Positions 34,687 through 47,998 of a DNA stretch of 48,346 nt are shown here, one piece after another. The translations under genes were made by a program, and so were the position numbers. Every line of letters starts with the position of its first letter. The stretch's first letter is position 1. Source of the stretch: Tubiluchus corallicola (Eukaryota > Animalia > Priapulida); assembly GCA_030141605.1 (NCBI GenBank), contig JAQGDQ010001305.1, forward strand, positions 1 to 48,346, written 5' to 3'. The notes below the pieces were generated by a model, which ran no database searches, was not told the DNA's origin, and saw only the letters and a program-made list of their open reading frames with translations.

Positions 34687-35133
34687 TTAAGCAGGTGCCC
34701 AAAATTTTCTTTTGGATTCACAAAATTACATTTTACCTGTGCGGCGTACCTGTACACATCCTAAATGAGTCTTTAGATACCAATCTTAACTTCTAGATAT
34801 GGTTTTGTATTAAAGCTTTAGAACAGCTTTAGGATTAATTACTGACTGTAAATTGATAGAGCTGTTTTATAAATTTTGTCTTTTTCTTAGTGGTTACTGT
34901 ACGAGTAAGCCAGGAGCTGATGTCTGTCAGTTTTCGTCTTTGTCTGCCTACCTCACCGATTTGGGCAAAAAACAGGTTTAGTATAAACTTTGATTTTCAC
35001 GTCGGGATAGAATGATGTGAAGTTTAGACAGTTTTTAATGAACCATTTTCTTTTAATTGGCAGGGTGTTGATTACCAGACAAGGGGTCGTTCAGTATTGT
35101 GTCGATTACTGAAGGTTTTGTGACAAATGTATA

Positions 35134-35491
35134 CAGTGTTCCCTCACTTATTGCGGGCGTTCCGTTTCAGGCCCACCCGCGATAAGCGAATTTCCGCAAA
35201 GTAGGGGACGCTATGCTTATTTTATAAATATATTTCACAAATAGCGTACATAATACCGCAGATGAAAGCTACGCACACGCGACAGTCGGATGCTAATGTG
35301 AAACGGAAAATGCTAGCGAGAATTCATTAAATCTATATATTACTGAACAATACGTACTACGCATGTACAAAAATACTTTAGACGGAGTGCCGCAAAAACC
35401 CGCGAAACAGCGAAAATACATTAATATTTTTGAAAATTGGCGAAACAGCGAGTCCGCGATAAATGAACTGCGAAGTAGCGAGGGAACACTG
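35134..35491. mobile_element. Tigger/pogo-like MITE, TA TSD
   Basis: TA|CAGTGTTCCCTC ... GAGGGAACACTG|TA. Confidence 0.88.
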
Positions 35492-35787
35492 TAATGTATT
35501 TGCAATGGCTAGGCCAAAAATAAGAATACATCTCTTCTAATCGCCCAATTAGTAACATGTTTGTCGTACACCATGCCTGGGAATTTATAACCTTTTTGTA
35601 TAGTCATGTTACCTGGCGCATTTCATATAAAAGTGTATTTTTATTTAATTTAAAATGTAAAACACAATAAGTATTATAGCATCGTGGTTTCGGAGAGACA
35701 CCTCCCGGCCAATATTGCACTTTTATATGATGTTAATTATCATATTGGGGGCTAAAAAGTGTTGCATTGTGCGCCAAATCTGTGTGC

Positions 35788-36530
35788 AAAAACCGGTTTG
35801 AAACCAGGCATGTGCACGAGTCCAAGCTGCCAGAAACTGGTTTGAAGCCAGGCAGGTGCGCGAGTCCAAGCTGCCAGAAACCGGTTTGAAGCCAGGCATG
35901 TGCGCGAGTCCAAGCTGCCAGAAACCGGTTTGAAGCCAGGCACGTGCGTGAATCCAAGCTGCCAGAAACCTGTTTGAAGCCAGGCACGTGTGCGTATCCA
36001 AGCTGCCAGAAACCTATTTGAAGCCAGGCACGTGCGCGTATCCAAGCTGCCAGAAACCTATTTGAAGCCAGGCATGTGCGCGAGTCCAAGCTGCCAGAAA
36101 CCGGTTTGAAGCCAGGTACGTGCGTGAATCCAAGCTGCCAGAAACCTGTTTGAAGCCAGGCACGTGCGCATATCCAAGCTGCCAGAAACCTATTTGAAGC
36201 CAGGCATGTGCGCGAGTCCAAGCTGCCAGAAACCGGTTTGAAGCCAGACATGTGCACGAATCCAAGCTGCCAGAAACCGGTTTGAAGCCAGGCATGTGCG
36301 CGAGTCCAAGCTGCCAGAAACTGGTTTGAAGCCAGGCACGTGCGTGAATCCAAGCTGGCAGAAACCGGTTTGAAGCCAGGCATGTGAGCGAGTCCAAGCT
36401 GCCAGAAACCGGTTTGAAGCCAGGCATGTGCGCGAATTCAAGCTGCCAGAAACCGGTTTGAAGCCAGGCATGTGCGCGAATTCAAGCTGCCAGAAACCGG
36501 TTTGAAGCCAGCCATGTGCACGAATTCAGA
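35788..36530. repeat. 44-bp minisatellite (GAAACCGGTTTGAAGCCAGGCAYGTGCGCGAGTCCAAGCTGCCA), ~17 copies
   Basis: Directly visible; explains periodic ORFs at 35723-36471. Confidence 0.96.
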
Positions 36531-37055
36531 CCCTGGCTAGATCACTTTATAAAATTAACGTATCTAATGTGGCATCTACATAACATCCGGATGCGTTTTC
36601 CTCCTGCGTAACAGCCTGCTGAGAAACCAATAAGATCAGTTGCAGTTGCAGAAGCAAATAACGCACACGCAGGCTCCATAAACAGGTTTATTGAAAATAG
36701 TAAAGACCCATTTCATCTATTCCGCAGCCTCCAAAACGCGTCTGCAAACGGCACTTTACTTCACTATTCGTTGTTTTCAAGATGTTTTGTTTGGTTTGGT
36801 TTTTTTCTCTAAGTGAATCATTTTATATCATTTAATGCTCTGTTATAGGATGCATTCTGTGATCGACAGAAAATGGGGGTTAAAACGTATGAGAGTATGT
36901 TCAAAGATAACGAGAGACGACACCGTAAAAGGTAATGTTTTATTGACTGATCGCTTGCCTGAGAGATAAGTCATAAAGCCTAGAGTTTGGTTTTGATGCA
37001 TTTCTGCCTCTCTGTGTAACAGCTTCTGACACACGTGTGGCATGAGTAACAGATA

Positions 37056-37534
37056 CAGTCAACCTCGGATATTAGGGACACCTCGGGACCGGAAAAAAAC
37101 CGTCCCTTATAGCCGAAGTTGAGTCAGACCGAGGGTGTATCTAGACCTGTACTTTTCTGTACTTTTACCCATATTTTTATGGATCATTGCTACACATTCA
37201 GTGCAAACGGTATGTATGAAGCTCTTTCAGTGATGTGAGATGTATGTGACCGTGGAAATCTCGCTGTTCAAAGGCCGAGTTTGTGAAAAATTGAGGTTAG
37301 AAATCGATCAATTTCACTTTGATCATAAGGTCCCTTATATGCTAGGTAATTTACCTGGTATTCTATTACGCGGTACGTGAAGATATCGTCCCTTATAACT
37401 GGAAGTCCCTTATATCCGAGTACCTTATATACGAAGATTTTTATAATGAAAAACGTTACGAAAAATTGGGACCGGTGTTGGTGGTCCACTATAAGTGTCC
37501 CTTATAAGTGAGTACCTTATAGCCGAGGGGGACT
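37056..37534. mobile_element. Tigger/pogo-like MITE; related right end at ~26386-26414
   Basis: TA|CAGTCAACCTCGGATAT ... TATAGCCGAGGGGGACT; repeated CCCTTATA subterminal motifs. Confidence 0.75.
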
Positions 37535-37927
37535 AAACCATACTGGTTACTTTAAAACCAGTTTGGTCTTACAGGTACATGCAACTTTGCTTCTTTTAGT
37601 GTCACCATTGTGTAGTCAAATTAATTTTTTAACTATTTTGCTTTTAATTAGTTAGTTTTGCCCATTTTTACTAATTTTATTTCCACTTTGTTTTGCATAA
37701 TTTAATTGTTTGCTATTAATTTAATTTTGATCAGTTTTCCTATTCAAATCTTTATTTTGTTCTAACAATATTTGCTCGCCATGCTGAAATTAGTAGACTC
37801 ACTATTTAGGGATGGCAGACTAGATGATCTTTTGGTCTTTCGTCATCCCGCCCTTCTTTAATCTTTGTAATTCATTGTTATATTCTATCTGTGATTGTTA
37901 TTTTGAAGGCAAAAAATAAATTATTAC

Positions 37928-38009
37928 GTTGTTGGTGTTGCTGTTGTTGTTGGTGTTGCTGTTGTTGTTGTTGTTGGTGTTGGTGGTGTTGCTGTTGTTG
38001 GTGTTGTTG

Positions 38010-38041
<32 letters not shown>

Positions 38042-38356
38042 GGTGTTGTTGGTGGTGTTGCTGTTGTTGGTGTTGGTGTTGGTGGTGTTGCTGTTGTTGT
38101 TGCTGGTGGTGGTGTTGCTGTTGCTGCTGTTGTTGTTTTTGGTGTTGTTGTTGTTGCTGTTGTTGGTGTTGTTGGTGGTGTTGCTGTTGGTGGTGTTGTT
38201 GTTGTTGGTGTTGCTGTTGTTGGTGTTGGTGTTGTTGTTGTTGTTGGTGGTGATGGTGGTGTTGCTGTTGCTGTTGTTGGTTTTGGTGGTGGTGGTGTTG
38301 CTGTTATTGCTGTTGGTGTTGGTGGTGGTGTTGCTGTTGTTGTTGTTGTTATTATT
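37928..38356. repeat. Degenerate (GTT/GGT/GCT)n trinucleotide microsatellite
   Basis: Directly visible. Confidence 0.95.
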
Positions 38357-38598
38357 GTAATAGAAAGGAATATTTGCACATTGCAAACTTTGTGCCGCTT
38401 TTCATCTAAAATGCCTGTATGATATTTTGGTTTCGTTGTGATCGTAAAACCGCAAGTTTATTTTCCAGAATTGCGCAGAACATTCCTAAGCTGCGAGCTG
38501 ATACTAGGAGTGACAAAGGTATGTAGGAGTTGTTTACAATTTGTAACCACCTACTTATGCATTAGCAAGTTCTTAGTGTGTTTTTCTCTAATGTAGAT

Positions 38599-39081
38599 CA
38601 GGGGTGTGCAAATTGCGACCCGCCGAGAGAATTTGTGCAGCCCGCGAAGAGATTTGTCAACCTAATGAAAGTGCAGCCCGGGCGATTAATTGAGTGTATC
38701 CAGCTAAAGTCCGTGCCACGATCCCAAAGATAGTGCAGATAGTTTTTTCTACTAGATCGGATGCCATTAACCCTTACAAGATGGCTGTAGCTTAATGTCA
38801 CTGTACTACACAGACTGTGTGATACACATTACTAATATGCATTGTAATGAAATTACCACTATCTGACCTGAAAGTAGAAATATATGGTTTGTAATATAAA
38901 CTTTAATAACTTCTAAAATATTTTCTTGAGTGTAGTAGTAATGATGTACGCAGATCGGATGCAAAAAAAATCGTTATTAGGCCTTTCTGTACTTGGCTCC
39001 TTGATCAAACTGCCTGTGGCCCGCAGGAATTGCGGGAAAGTTTAATGTAGCCCGGCTAGTCAGATAACTTGCACACTTCTG
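38599..39081. mobile_element. Second copy of the CAGGGGTGTGC hAT MITE
   Basis: Near-identical to 29020-29503. Confidence 0.85.
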
Positions 39082-40053
39082 AGATAAACCAATGTAAAAT
39101 TTTGGTTAATTAGTAAAGTGTGCGCTACGAATGCTGTGATTATTTTTCAAACTTTACACAATGTTATCTAAACTTGTTTCAATAACTTGTCGGCTACACC
39201 TAACGGTCATCGCGGGAGTTTTCAAGTTTTATACAGCGTTACTGCTAACACAAGCCCTGTATGCAATGAAAGAGCATGTAAGTGGTGCAAAATTTCAAAA
39301 TGCATTTTCTAAGCTTTTCATAAGTGAAGGGTTTTTTGTGCTTTAAAGGAAGACTGGATGATTTTTCATACACTGTCCCATTTTCAAATTCGATAAAAAG
39401 TATATATTTTAACACAATTAATACTGCAAAAGCGTTTCTGATAATTAAATAATAGATTAAAAACTTAATCAACGGTGGGCGAACCCAACTATGGATGACG
39501 TCACAAACTAACATAATTTTGAACAGCAAAAATATTCCACGAGCGTGTTGCACGTGCTTGCAAAAGCGAAAATTGAAGTACATTGCTACTGTAAGATATT
39601 CAGTGTGTTGTACTAAAACTAGTCATGTTTTAAGATAAAAATTCAAATTTCGAATTCACCGCTGTGCAGTACGTACAGAGACTGTACGTACGCCAGACTA
39701 ACCAATCTGAACTGAGAGGTGCAGCACCTGATTTTGTGCAATGCATTTCCGAAATGCAGGCGTTAGTGCCCGTCTAACCAGCGAATGGTGAAATGCATGT
39801 AACAGCGAAGAACTAGTGGCACGAACATGAAATTATATTTGTGTGCTAATAATTCTTTCAAAAAAAGTATTTTTTTAAGAATATTTGTCAATATTTTTAA
39901 GAGTAGATTGGTTTGACCTACAGTTTAAGATTGGGTCCGGTTTTGTTATTGATCATGAAAGAACTTTACATAACTTTTTGTATTCTAGATGAGTAATCTT
40001 CCCTCTCACAATGTTTAGCGTGATGCTTGTACTATCAGTTGTTAGATAATAAC

Positions 40054-43000
40054 ATACTTCATATCTATTTGCTGTTTAGTACTTCATACTTCATATCTAT
40101 TTGCTGTTTAGTACTTCACACTTCACATCTATTTGCTGTTTAGTACTTCATACTTCATATCTATTTGCTGTTTAGTACTTCATACTTCATGTCTCTTTGC
40201 TGTTTAGTACTTCATACTTCATATCTATTTGCTGTTTAGTACTTCATACTTCAATTCTATTTGCTGTTTAGTACTTCATACTTCATATCTATTTGCTGTT
40301 TAGTACTTCATACTTCATATCTATTTGCTGTTTAGTACTTCACACTTCACATCTATTTGCTGTTTAGTACTTCATACTTCATATCTATTTGCTGTTTAGT
40401 ACTTCATACTTCATGTCTCTTTGCTGTTTAGTACTTCATACTTCATATCTATTTGCTGTTTAGTACTTCACATCTATTTGCTGTTTAGTACTTCATACTT
40501 CATATCTATTTGCTGTTTAGTACTTCATACTTCATATCTATTTGCTGTTTAGTACTTCACACTTCACATCTATTTGCTGTTTAGTACTTCATACTTCATA
40601 TCTATTTGCTGTTTAGTACTTCATATTTCATGTCTCTTTGCTGTTTAGTACTTCATATCTATTTGCTGTTTAGTACTTCATACTTCATATCTATTTGCTG
40701 TTTAGTACTTCATACTTCATATCTATTTGCTGTTTAGTACTTCATACTTCATATCTGTTTGCTGTTTAGTACTTCATACTTCATACTTCATATCTATTTG
40801 CTGTTTAGTACTTCATACTTCATATCTATTTGCTGTTTAGTACTTCGTACTTCATATCTATTTGCTGTTTAGTACTTCATACTTCATACTTCATATCTAT
40901 TTGCTGTTTAGTACTTCATACTTCACATCTATTTGCTGTTTAGTACTTCATACTTCATATCTATTTGCTGTTTAGTACTTCATACTTCATATCTGTTTGC
41001 TGTTTAGTACTTCATACTTCACATCTGTTTGCTGTTTAGTACTTCATACTTCATATCTATTTGCTGTTTAGTACTTCATACTTCATATCTATTTGCTGTT
41101 TAGTACTTCATACTTCATATCTATTTGCTGTTTAGTACTTCATACTTCATATCTATTTGCTGTTTAGTACTTCATACTTCATATCTATTTGCTGTTTAGT
41201 ACTTCATACTTCATATCTATTTGCTGTTTAGTACTTCACACTTCACATCTATTTGCTGTTTAGTACTTCATACTTCATATCTATTTGCTGTTTAGTACTT
41301 CATACTTCATATATATCTCTTTGCTGTTTAGTACTTCATACTTCATATCTATTTGCTGTTTAGTACTTCATACTTCATATCTATTTGCTGTTTAGTACTT
41401 CATACTTATATCTATTTGCTGTTTAGTACTTCATACTTCATATCTATTTGCTGTTTAGTACTTCATACTTCATATCTATTTGCTGTTTAGTACTTCATAC
41501 TTCATATCTATTTGCTGTTTAGTACTTCATACTTCATATCTATTTGCTGTTTAGTACTTCACACTTCATATCTCTTTGCTGTTAAGTACTTCATACTTCA
41601 TATCTATTTGCTGTTTAGTACTTCATACTTCATACTTCATATCTATTTGCTGTTTAGTACTTCATACTTCATATCTATTTGCTGTTTAGTACTTCATACT
41701 TCATATCTATTTGCTGTTTAGTACTTCATACTTCATATCTATTTGCTGTTTAGTACTTCATACTTCATACTTCATATCTATTTGCTGTTTAGTACTTCAT
41801 ACTTCATATCTATTTGCTGTTTAGTACTTCATACTTCATATCTATTTGCTGTTTAGTACTTCATACTTCATATCTATTTGCTGTTTAGTACTTCATACTT
41901 CATATCTATTTGCTGTTTAGTACTTCATACTTCATATCTATTTGCTGTTTAGTACTTCATACTTCATATCTATTTGCTGTTTAGTACTTCATACTTCATA
42001 TCTATTTGCTGTTTAGTACTTCATACTTCATATCTATTTGCTGTTTAGTACTTCATACTTCATATCTATTTGCTGTTTAGTACTTCATACTTCATATCTA
42101 TTTGCTGTTTAGTACTTCATACTTCATATCTATTTGCTGTTTAGTACTTCATACTTCATATCTATTTGCTGTTTAGTACTTCATACTTCATACTTCATAT
42201 CTATTTGCTGTTTAGTACTTCATACTTCATATCTATTTGCTGTTTAGTACTTCATACTTCATATCTATTTGCTGTTTAGTACTTCATACTTCATATCTAT
42301 TTGCTGTTTAGTACTTCATACTTCATATCTATTTGCTGTTTAGTACTTCATACTTCATATCTATTTGCTGTTTAGTACTTCATACTTCATATCTATTTGC
42401 TGTTTAGTACTTCATACTTCATATCTATTTGCTGTTTAGTACTTCATACTTCATATCTATTTGCTGTTTAGTACTTCATACTTCATATCTATTTGCTGTT
42501 TAGTACTTCATACTTCATATCTATTTGCTGTTTAGTACTTCATACTTCATATCTATTTGCTGTTTAGTACTTCATACTTCATATCTATTTGCTGTTTAGT
42601 ACTTCATACTTATATCTATTTGCTGTTTAGTACTTCATACTTCATATCTATTTGCTGTTTAGTACTTCATACTTCATATCTATTTGCTGTTTAGTACTTC
42701 ATACTTCATATCTATTTGCTGTTTAGTACTTCATACTTCATATCTATTTGCTGTTTAGTACTTCATACTTCATATCTATTTGCTGTTTAGTACTTCATAC
42801 TTCATATATATCTCTTTGCTGTTTAGTACTTCATACTTCATATCTATTTGCTGTTTAGTACTTCATACTTCATATCTATTTGCTGTTTAGTACTTCATAC
42901 TTATATCTATTTGCTGTTTAGTACTTCATACTTCATATCTATTTGCTGTTTAGTACTTCATACTTCATATCTATTTGCTGTTTAGTACTTCATACTTCAT

Positions 43001-43317
43001 ATCTATTTGCTGTTTAGTACTTCATACTTCATATCTATTTGCTGTTTAGTACTTCATACTTCATATCTATTTGCTGTTTAGTACTTCATACTTCATACTT
43101 CATATCTATTTGCTGTTTAGTACTTCATACTTCATATCTATTTGCTGTTTAGTACTTCATACTTCATATCTATTTGCTGTTTAGTACTTCATACTTCATA
43201 TCTATTTGCTGTTTAGTACTTCATACTTCATATCTATTTGCTGTTTAGTACTTCATACTTCATATCTATTTGCTGTTTAGTACTTCATACTTCATATCTG
43301 TTTGCTGTTTAGTACTT
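40054..43317. repeat. 32-bp minisatellite (TACTTCATACTTCATATCTATTTGCTGTTTAG), ~100 copies, 3.3 kb
   Basis: Directly visible; units vary by +/- one TACTTCA heptamer. Confidence 0.98.
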
Positions 43318-43342
43318 ACCCTAAACATCGTTTTTGCTTCAG

Positions 43343-43813
43343 CTTCATTCGTTAGGCAGCAGCCGTTGTTCTCCGACGCTGACGATGCTGCGATGATGCC
43401 TGCCGACTCCCACGACGGTGTCACTCCGCCAACTTCTGCCGACGATGTGCCGATAGATGCCACAATTGAAATACCTCCCGGTCAGACCGTGCGGAAAGAA
43501 ACGGTTAACGATACCGGGCACGGCGGAGTCGAGTCCGCGACATCCGATACCAACGCGACAGACGGTGGGGCAGCTGAAAGCGGAGGAGGGCGTGTTGATT
43601 CTGTCGAAGAAGCTGATGATAAAACTGGCGAGGAGTTTGAAACTAGAGGAGACGCGGAAGAGAAAGAGGCCACAACTGCCGCTACCGACGATACCGCCAA
43701 GTTGAAGGAACATCTTGCATCGGCTGCCGCGACGGATTCGGAGAAAGAAGACATGCCGTCGTTTGACGAATGGAAGCAGAAGATGCTGGCGGATAAAAAC
43801 GAGAACAATCGTG
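43343..43813 (+). CDS. SUCO: SUN domain-containing ossification factor, acidic N-terminal exon
   Basis: TTTTTGCTTCAG acceptor, G|GTATGT donor, phase 1-1; ends with EDMPSFDEWKQKML, the conserved pre-SUN motif of SUCO/Slp1. Confidence 0.88.
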
Positions 43814-45652
43814 GTATGTATTTCCTCAGGTTGTTTGCATGTGTGTCTGTCTTTTAGTTAAATTGCTCATTGGTGGCTGCCTGGTTTGTTGATAGTTGGA
43901 TGGTTTGTTTATTGTTCGTTTAGCTTATTTCTTGCTTGATTGCTTAGTCAGACAGGTTGTGTGCTTGTCTGTTTGGTTGGTTAGTCGGTTACTTGGTAGG
44001 TTAGTTGGCTAGTAGGTTTATTGTTTTTCTTATTTCTTCTTAGTCAGTTGGTTGTGGCTCCCAGCTTTTTTGGATTGGTTGTTTGTTTGTTTGTTAGGTT
44101 GGCTAATTGTTTGTTTTGTCGGTTAGTTGTTTGCTTGCTTGTTTGGTGAGTTTGTTATTTACTAGTGACCGTCTAACTAGGGAATGACGAAATACATGTA
44201 ACGGTGAAGAACTAGTGATGCGAATGCGAAATAGTGTTTGTGTGGTAATAATTGTTTCACGTAAGTCATTCTTGAAACAATAGTACTCTTCATTTCAATA
44301 TTTCATTATTTATTCAGTGTATTAACTAAAATTAGGCAAGTTTTAAGATAAAAACTCAAACATCAGATTTCCCGCTGTGCTCACATATGAGCTGTCGAAC
44401 GTGTGTAGTTTGTCACAAACTAACACATCTGAACTGAGAGGTACAGCACCTGTTTTTTTGTACAATGCATTTCCGAAATGCAAGTGCTAATGCCCGTCTA
44501 ACTAGCGAATGGCGAAATGCATGTAACAGTGAAGAACTATTGGCGCGAATGCGAAATTGTGTTTGTGTGGTAATAATTCTTTCACATAAGTCATTCTTGA
44601 AACAAATAGTTTGTTTACTTTTAAAGTTTGTTTACTTTTAATATTTTAAATGGTACATTGTTTTGACATACAGGTTAATTTTGGTTTAAGGTTTGTCGGC
44701 TCCAATTAATAATAATTATCGTTATTAATTAGAACTGACAAAACTTAAATGATTAAGGTCAGTTTTACGCGTTTACAGACAGGTAAAATATGTAGCGACG
44801 AGTATCTTTCACGTAAGTCATTTTCGAAAAAGTAGCGCGTTTCTTTTCAATATTTTAAAGATTAGATTGTTTTGGCCTACAGTTTTAAGATTTGGTGCGG
44901 CTTAACTTGCTTTAAATTTACTCGTTGTTTTAGTTGTTTTGCAAGTTTTTTTATTGCTTTATTTGAAGAATTTTTTCTACTGTTTTTGAATCTTATTTTG
45001 TGTTTGTTAGTGCACCGGTAAGTATGAAACGGATTGCAAAAATACCAAAAAAAAACATCACAAGAATTTTGTTTCGAGGCTCAATTATTATTATTATTAT
45101 TATTATGAGTTTATTTCGTATAAAAATATACAGTTTACAAAGATAAAGATGTTAGTAAAACAGGCAATGCGATATTAGTAAAGTAACATATCTACAGACA
45201 TTCAACTTTATAATAACCATTACATTATACAGTGTTGTAAGGAGCTATCTTAGATATCGTAAAACATAATCTTTAAATGAGTTCTTAACCTTTAATTTTA
45301 CATTTTCGTTTAGATCTACAAGTACAACCATATTTAAATCTTAAATTTACTTGACTGTTATTTACATAGTAGCATAGCTTTGGAATTCTCAATGTGCAAG
45401 AGTTTACAATTTTTTCACATAGTTTAATTTTCGACTATCTATTAAATGATTCGCAGGCATTGTGCCAAAAAAATACATTAACAATTTCACGCTTTCATTT
45501 TGTCTAAAACCGAATATTTTTCTATAAGCAGTGTTCCATTTTACCCTAACGGCATTAACTTCATTGTTTGATCTTGTTCAATTGCCATGTTTGTATTCAT
45601 TCTCTCTTCCTGTGCATCTAATTAACTACTGAAGTTTTAGTTTCACTGACAG

Positions 45653-45815
45653 ATGTAAAGGCTGATGCCTCGCCTCCGTTCACTCGCAACAACTACGCGT
45701 CAATCGACTGCGGAGCAAAAATCATCGCCAAAAATGCGGAAGCTCAGAGTGCAACAGCCATACTTGTTGATAATATGGACCAGTACATGTTAAATCCATG
45801 TAATGCTCAAATATG
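45653..45815 (+). CDS. SUCO: SUCO exon, SUN domain start ([44 protein letters not shown])
   Basis: CAG acceptor, TG|GTGAGT donor, phase 1-2; NYASxxCGAK and YMLNPC motifs. Confidence 0.93.
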
Positions 45816-45977
45816 GTGAGTGCGTTATGTATAAAGTAGTTACTAAGTAACTGTAAGTAAGTAACTCTAAGTAACTCCACAAATAATTTGTTTCTGTCTT
45901 ACCTCATGACATCCAATGACGTCAAACATTTTTTTGAAGCTTTGTGAATGTTTAAAGCTGAATTGTGGAATATTTAT

Positions 45978-46803
45978 TGTCGTTATTATTGTTCATTTGC
46001 CAAACATCGCAGCATGTTGCAGATCGTTATCATTGTTCATTTGCCAAACACCGCAGTATGTTGCAGATCGTTATCATTGTTCATTTGCCAAACATCGCAG
46101 CATGTTGCAGATCGTTATCATTGTTCTTTTGCCAAACATCGCAGCATGTTGCACATTGTTATCATTGTTCATTTGCCAAACATCGCAGTATGTTGCACAT
46201 CGTTATCACTGTTCATTTGCCACACATCGCAGCATGTTGCAGATCTTTATCATTGTTCATTTGCCAAACATCGCAGTACGTTGCAGATCGTTATCATTGT
46301 TCATTTGCCAAACGTCGCAGCATGTTGCAGATCGTTATCATTGTTCATTTGCCAAACGTCGCAGCATGTTGCAGATCGTTCTCATTGTTTATTTGCCAAT
46401 CTTCGCAGTGTGTTGCACATTGTTATCACTGTTCATTTGCCACACATCGCAGCATGTTGCAGATCTTTATCATTGTTCATTTGCTAAACATCGCAGCATG
46501 TTGCAGATCTTTATCATTGTTCATTTGCCAAACATCGCAGCATGTTGCAGATCGTTATCATTGTTCATTTGCCAAACATCGCAGCATGTTGCAGATCGTT
46601 ATCATTGTTCATTTGCCAAACATCGCAGTATGTTGCAGATCGTTATCATTGTTCATGTGCCAAACATCGCAGCATGTTGCAGATCGTTATCATTGTTCAT
46701 TTGCCAAACATCGCAGTATGTTGCAGATCGTTATCATTGTTCATTTGCCAAACATCGCAGCATGTTGCAGATCGTTATCATTGTTCATTTGCCAAACATC
46801 GTA
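45978..46803. repeat. 44-bp intronic minisatellite (GATCGTTATCATTGTTCATTTGCCAAACATCGCAGCATGTTGCA), ~19 copies
   Basis: Directly visible; explains ORFs at 45916-46910. Confidence 0.96.
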
Positions 46804-46875
46804 GTGTTTGCTTTAAGCTTAGTTTACTATTACATTTATATGCTATGTTAGACACATTGTTTATGTTTTCTACAG

Positions 46876-46983
46876 GTTTGTCGTGGAGCTGTGCGAACCG
46901 ATTCAACTGAAAGTTTTGGAAATGGGAAACTGTGAACTCTTCTCCTCCATTCCGGAAAAATTTCAGCTATTTTCCAGTGACAG
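46876..46983 (+). CDS. SUCO: SUCO exon (FVVELCEPIQLKVLEMGNCELFSSIPEKFQLFSSDR)
   Basis: TTTTCTACAG acceptor, AG|GTGAGT donor, 108 bp, phase 2-2; SUN motifs ELCEPIQ and ELFSS. Confidence 0.93.
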
Positions 46984-46998
46984 GTGAGTCGAATTTAA

Positions 46999-47636
46999 AG
47001 GACGAAAAAGGGATGCCTGAAGTAGGTTTGAGAAAAATCGCTTTAAAAGATTATATTTTTTACAGCAAGTTTATGTTTGTTTTTATTTTAAATTTCTCGC
47101 AATACTGTTCCGAAGTTGTCATTACATGTGGCATCACCTACGCAGACGTAAATCAAGAGAAGAAAAGGAAATGTTAAATTAAGTCCCAAAAAGCTTTCTG
47201 TGTAAATGTATTTTACTTAGCATTTCGTTTGCCTGCTGGAAAGCCTTATATAACTAGAAATGGTAATTCAAAAGGTTTGTGCTAATTGGTAAAATGTCGC
47301 TGACTCAGCCTCCAGGGTGTGCCACTCGCTAACCAAAAAATGTATTTTTAATCTTATTGACAAGATACAGTAATTTTAAATTTTACTTAGTGATATGTGC
47401 GCTACAAATGCTCTGATTTTTTTTTCAAACTTTACTCAATGTTATCTAAACTTGTTTCAAATGACTTATCATCAGAATGGCTGCGCTTAACGGTCATTGC
47501 AGGAGTTTAAATTTACACGTTTTATTCAGCGTTACTGCCGACGCAAGCCCTGTATGCAAAAAAGCAGTATGTAAGTGATATAAAATTTCCAGACGAATTT
47601 TTTAAATTTTATGTAAGTGGAGGGTTTTCTTGCGCT
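46999..47636. mobile_element. Kolobok-like family A copy in a SUCO intron
   Basis: TTAA|AGGACG... to ...TTCTTGCGCT|TTAG; inverted homolog of 20413-21083. Confidence 0.7.
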
Positions 47637-47836
47637 TTAGCATTATCTTAGAAACGTCACTTGGAAAAGAAATAGCAACGCCATTATTTTGTCGATTGCT
47701 TGCAAAGTTGAAATTACTGTAGCTAATAGTTCTTGCCACTTTGAGAGTATTTCAACCATTTGTAAGTCTAACCTATCACTTAGTCGACACGGTTACGGGA
47801 CCACACCCTTCAAACCAAATTGTTTAATTACGACAG

Positions 47837-47998
47837 GTATCCTGCAAGAGAATGGCGCCTGGTCAGTACATTCACCGCAAACGACGAACGAGGCGTTCAG
47901 ACCTTCCAGCTGGACGAGCAATCTTACGCCAAGTACATCAAAGTAGAGATGCTGTCGCACTTTGGCAGTGAGCACTATTGTCCCCTGAGTATTCTTAG
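47837..47998 (+). CDS. SUCO: SUCO exon ([54 protein letters not shown]); gene continues beyond window
   Basis: CAG acceptor, AG|GTAAGC donor, 162 bp; SHFGSEHxCPLS motif. Confidence 0.94.

Noticed and set aside
35723-36471. Periodic minus-strand ORFs
   Set aside because: Artefacts of the 44-bp tandem repeat
37891-38386. Cys/Trp-rich, Thr/Pro mucin-like and Leu/Val ORFs
   Set aside because: Trinucleotide microsatellite open in several frames; no splice support
43270-43342. Hydrophobic N-terminus of ORF 43270 as the SUCO signal peptide
   Set aside because: Derives from the last minisatellite units and intron, starts at TTG, and lies upstream of a clear acceptor
45916-46910. 311-aa and other periodic ORFs
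   Set aside because: Stop-free 44-bp minisatellite inside a SUCO intron whose flanking exons join in frame
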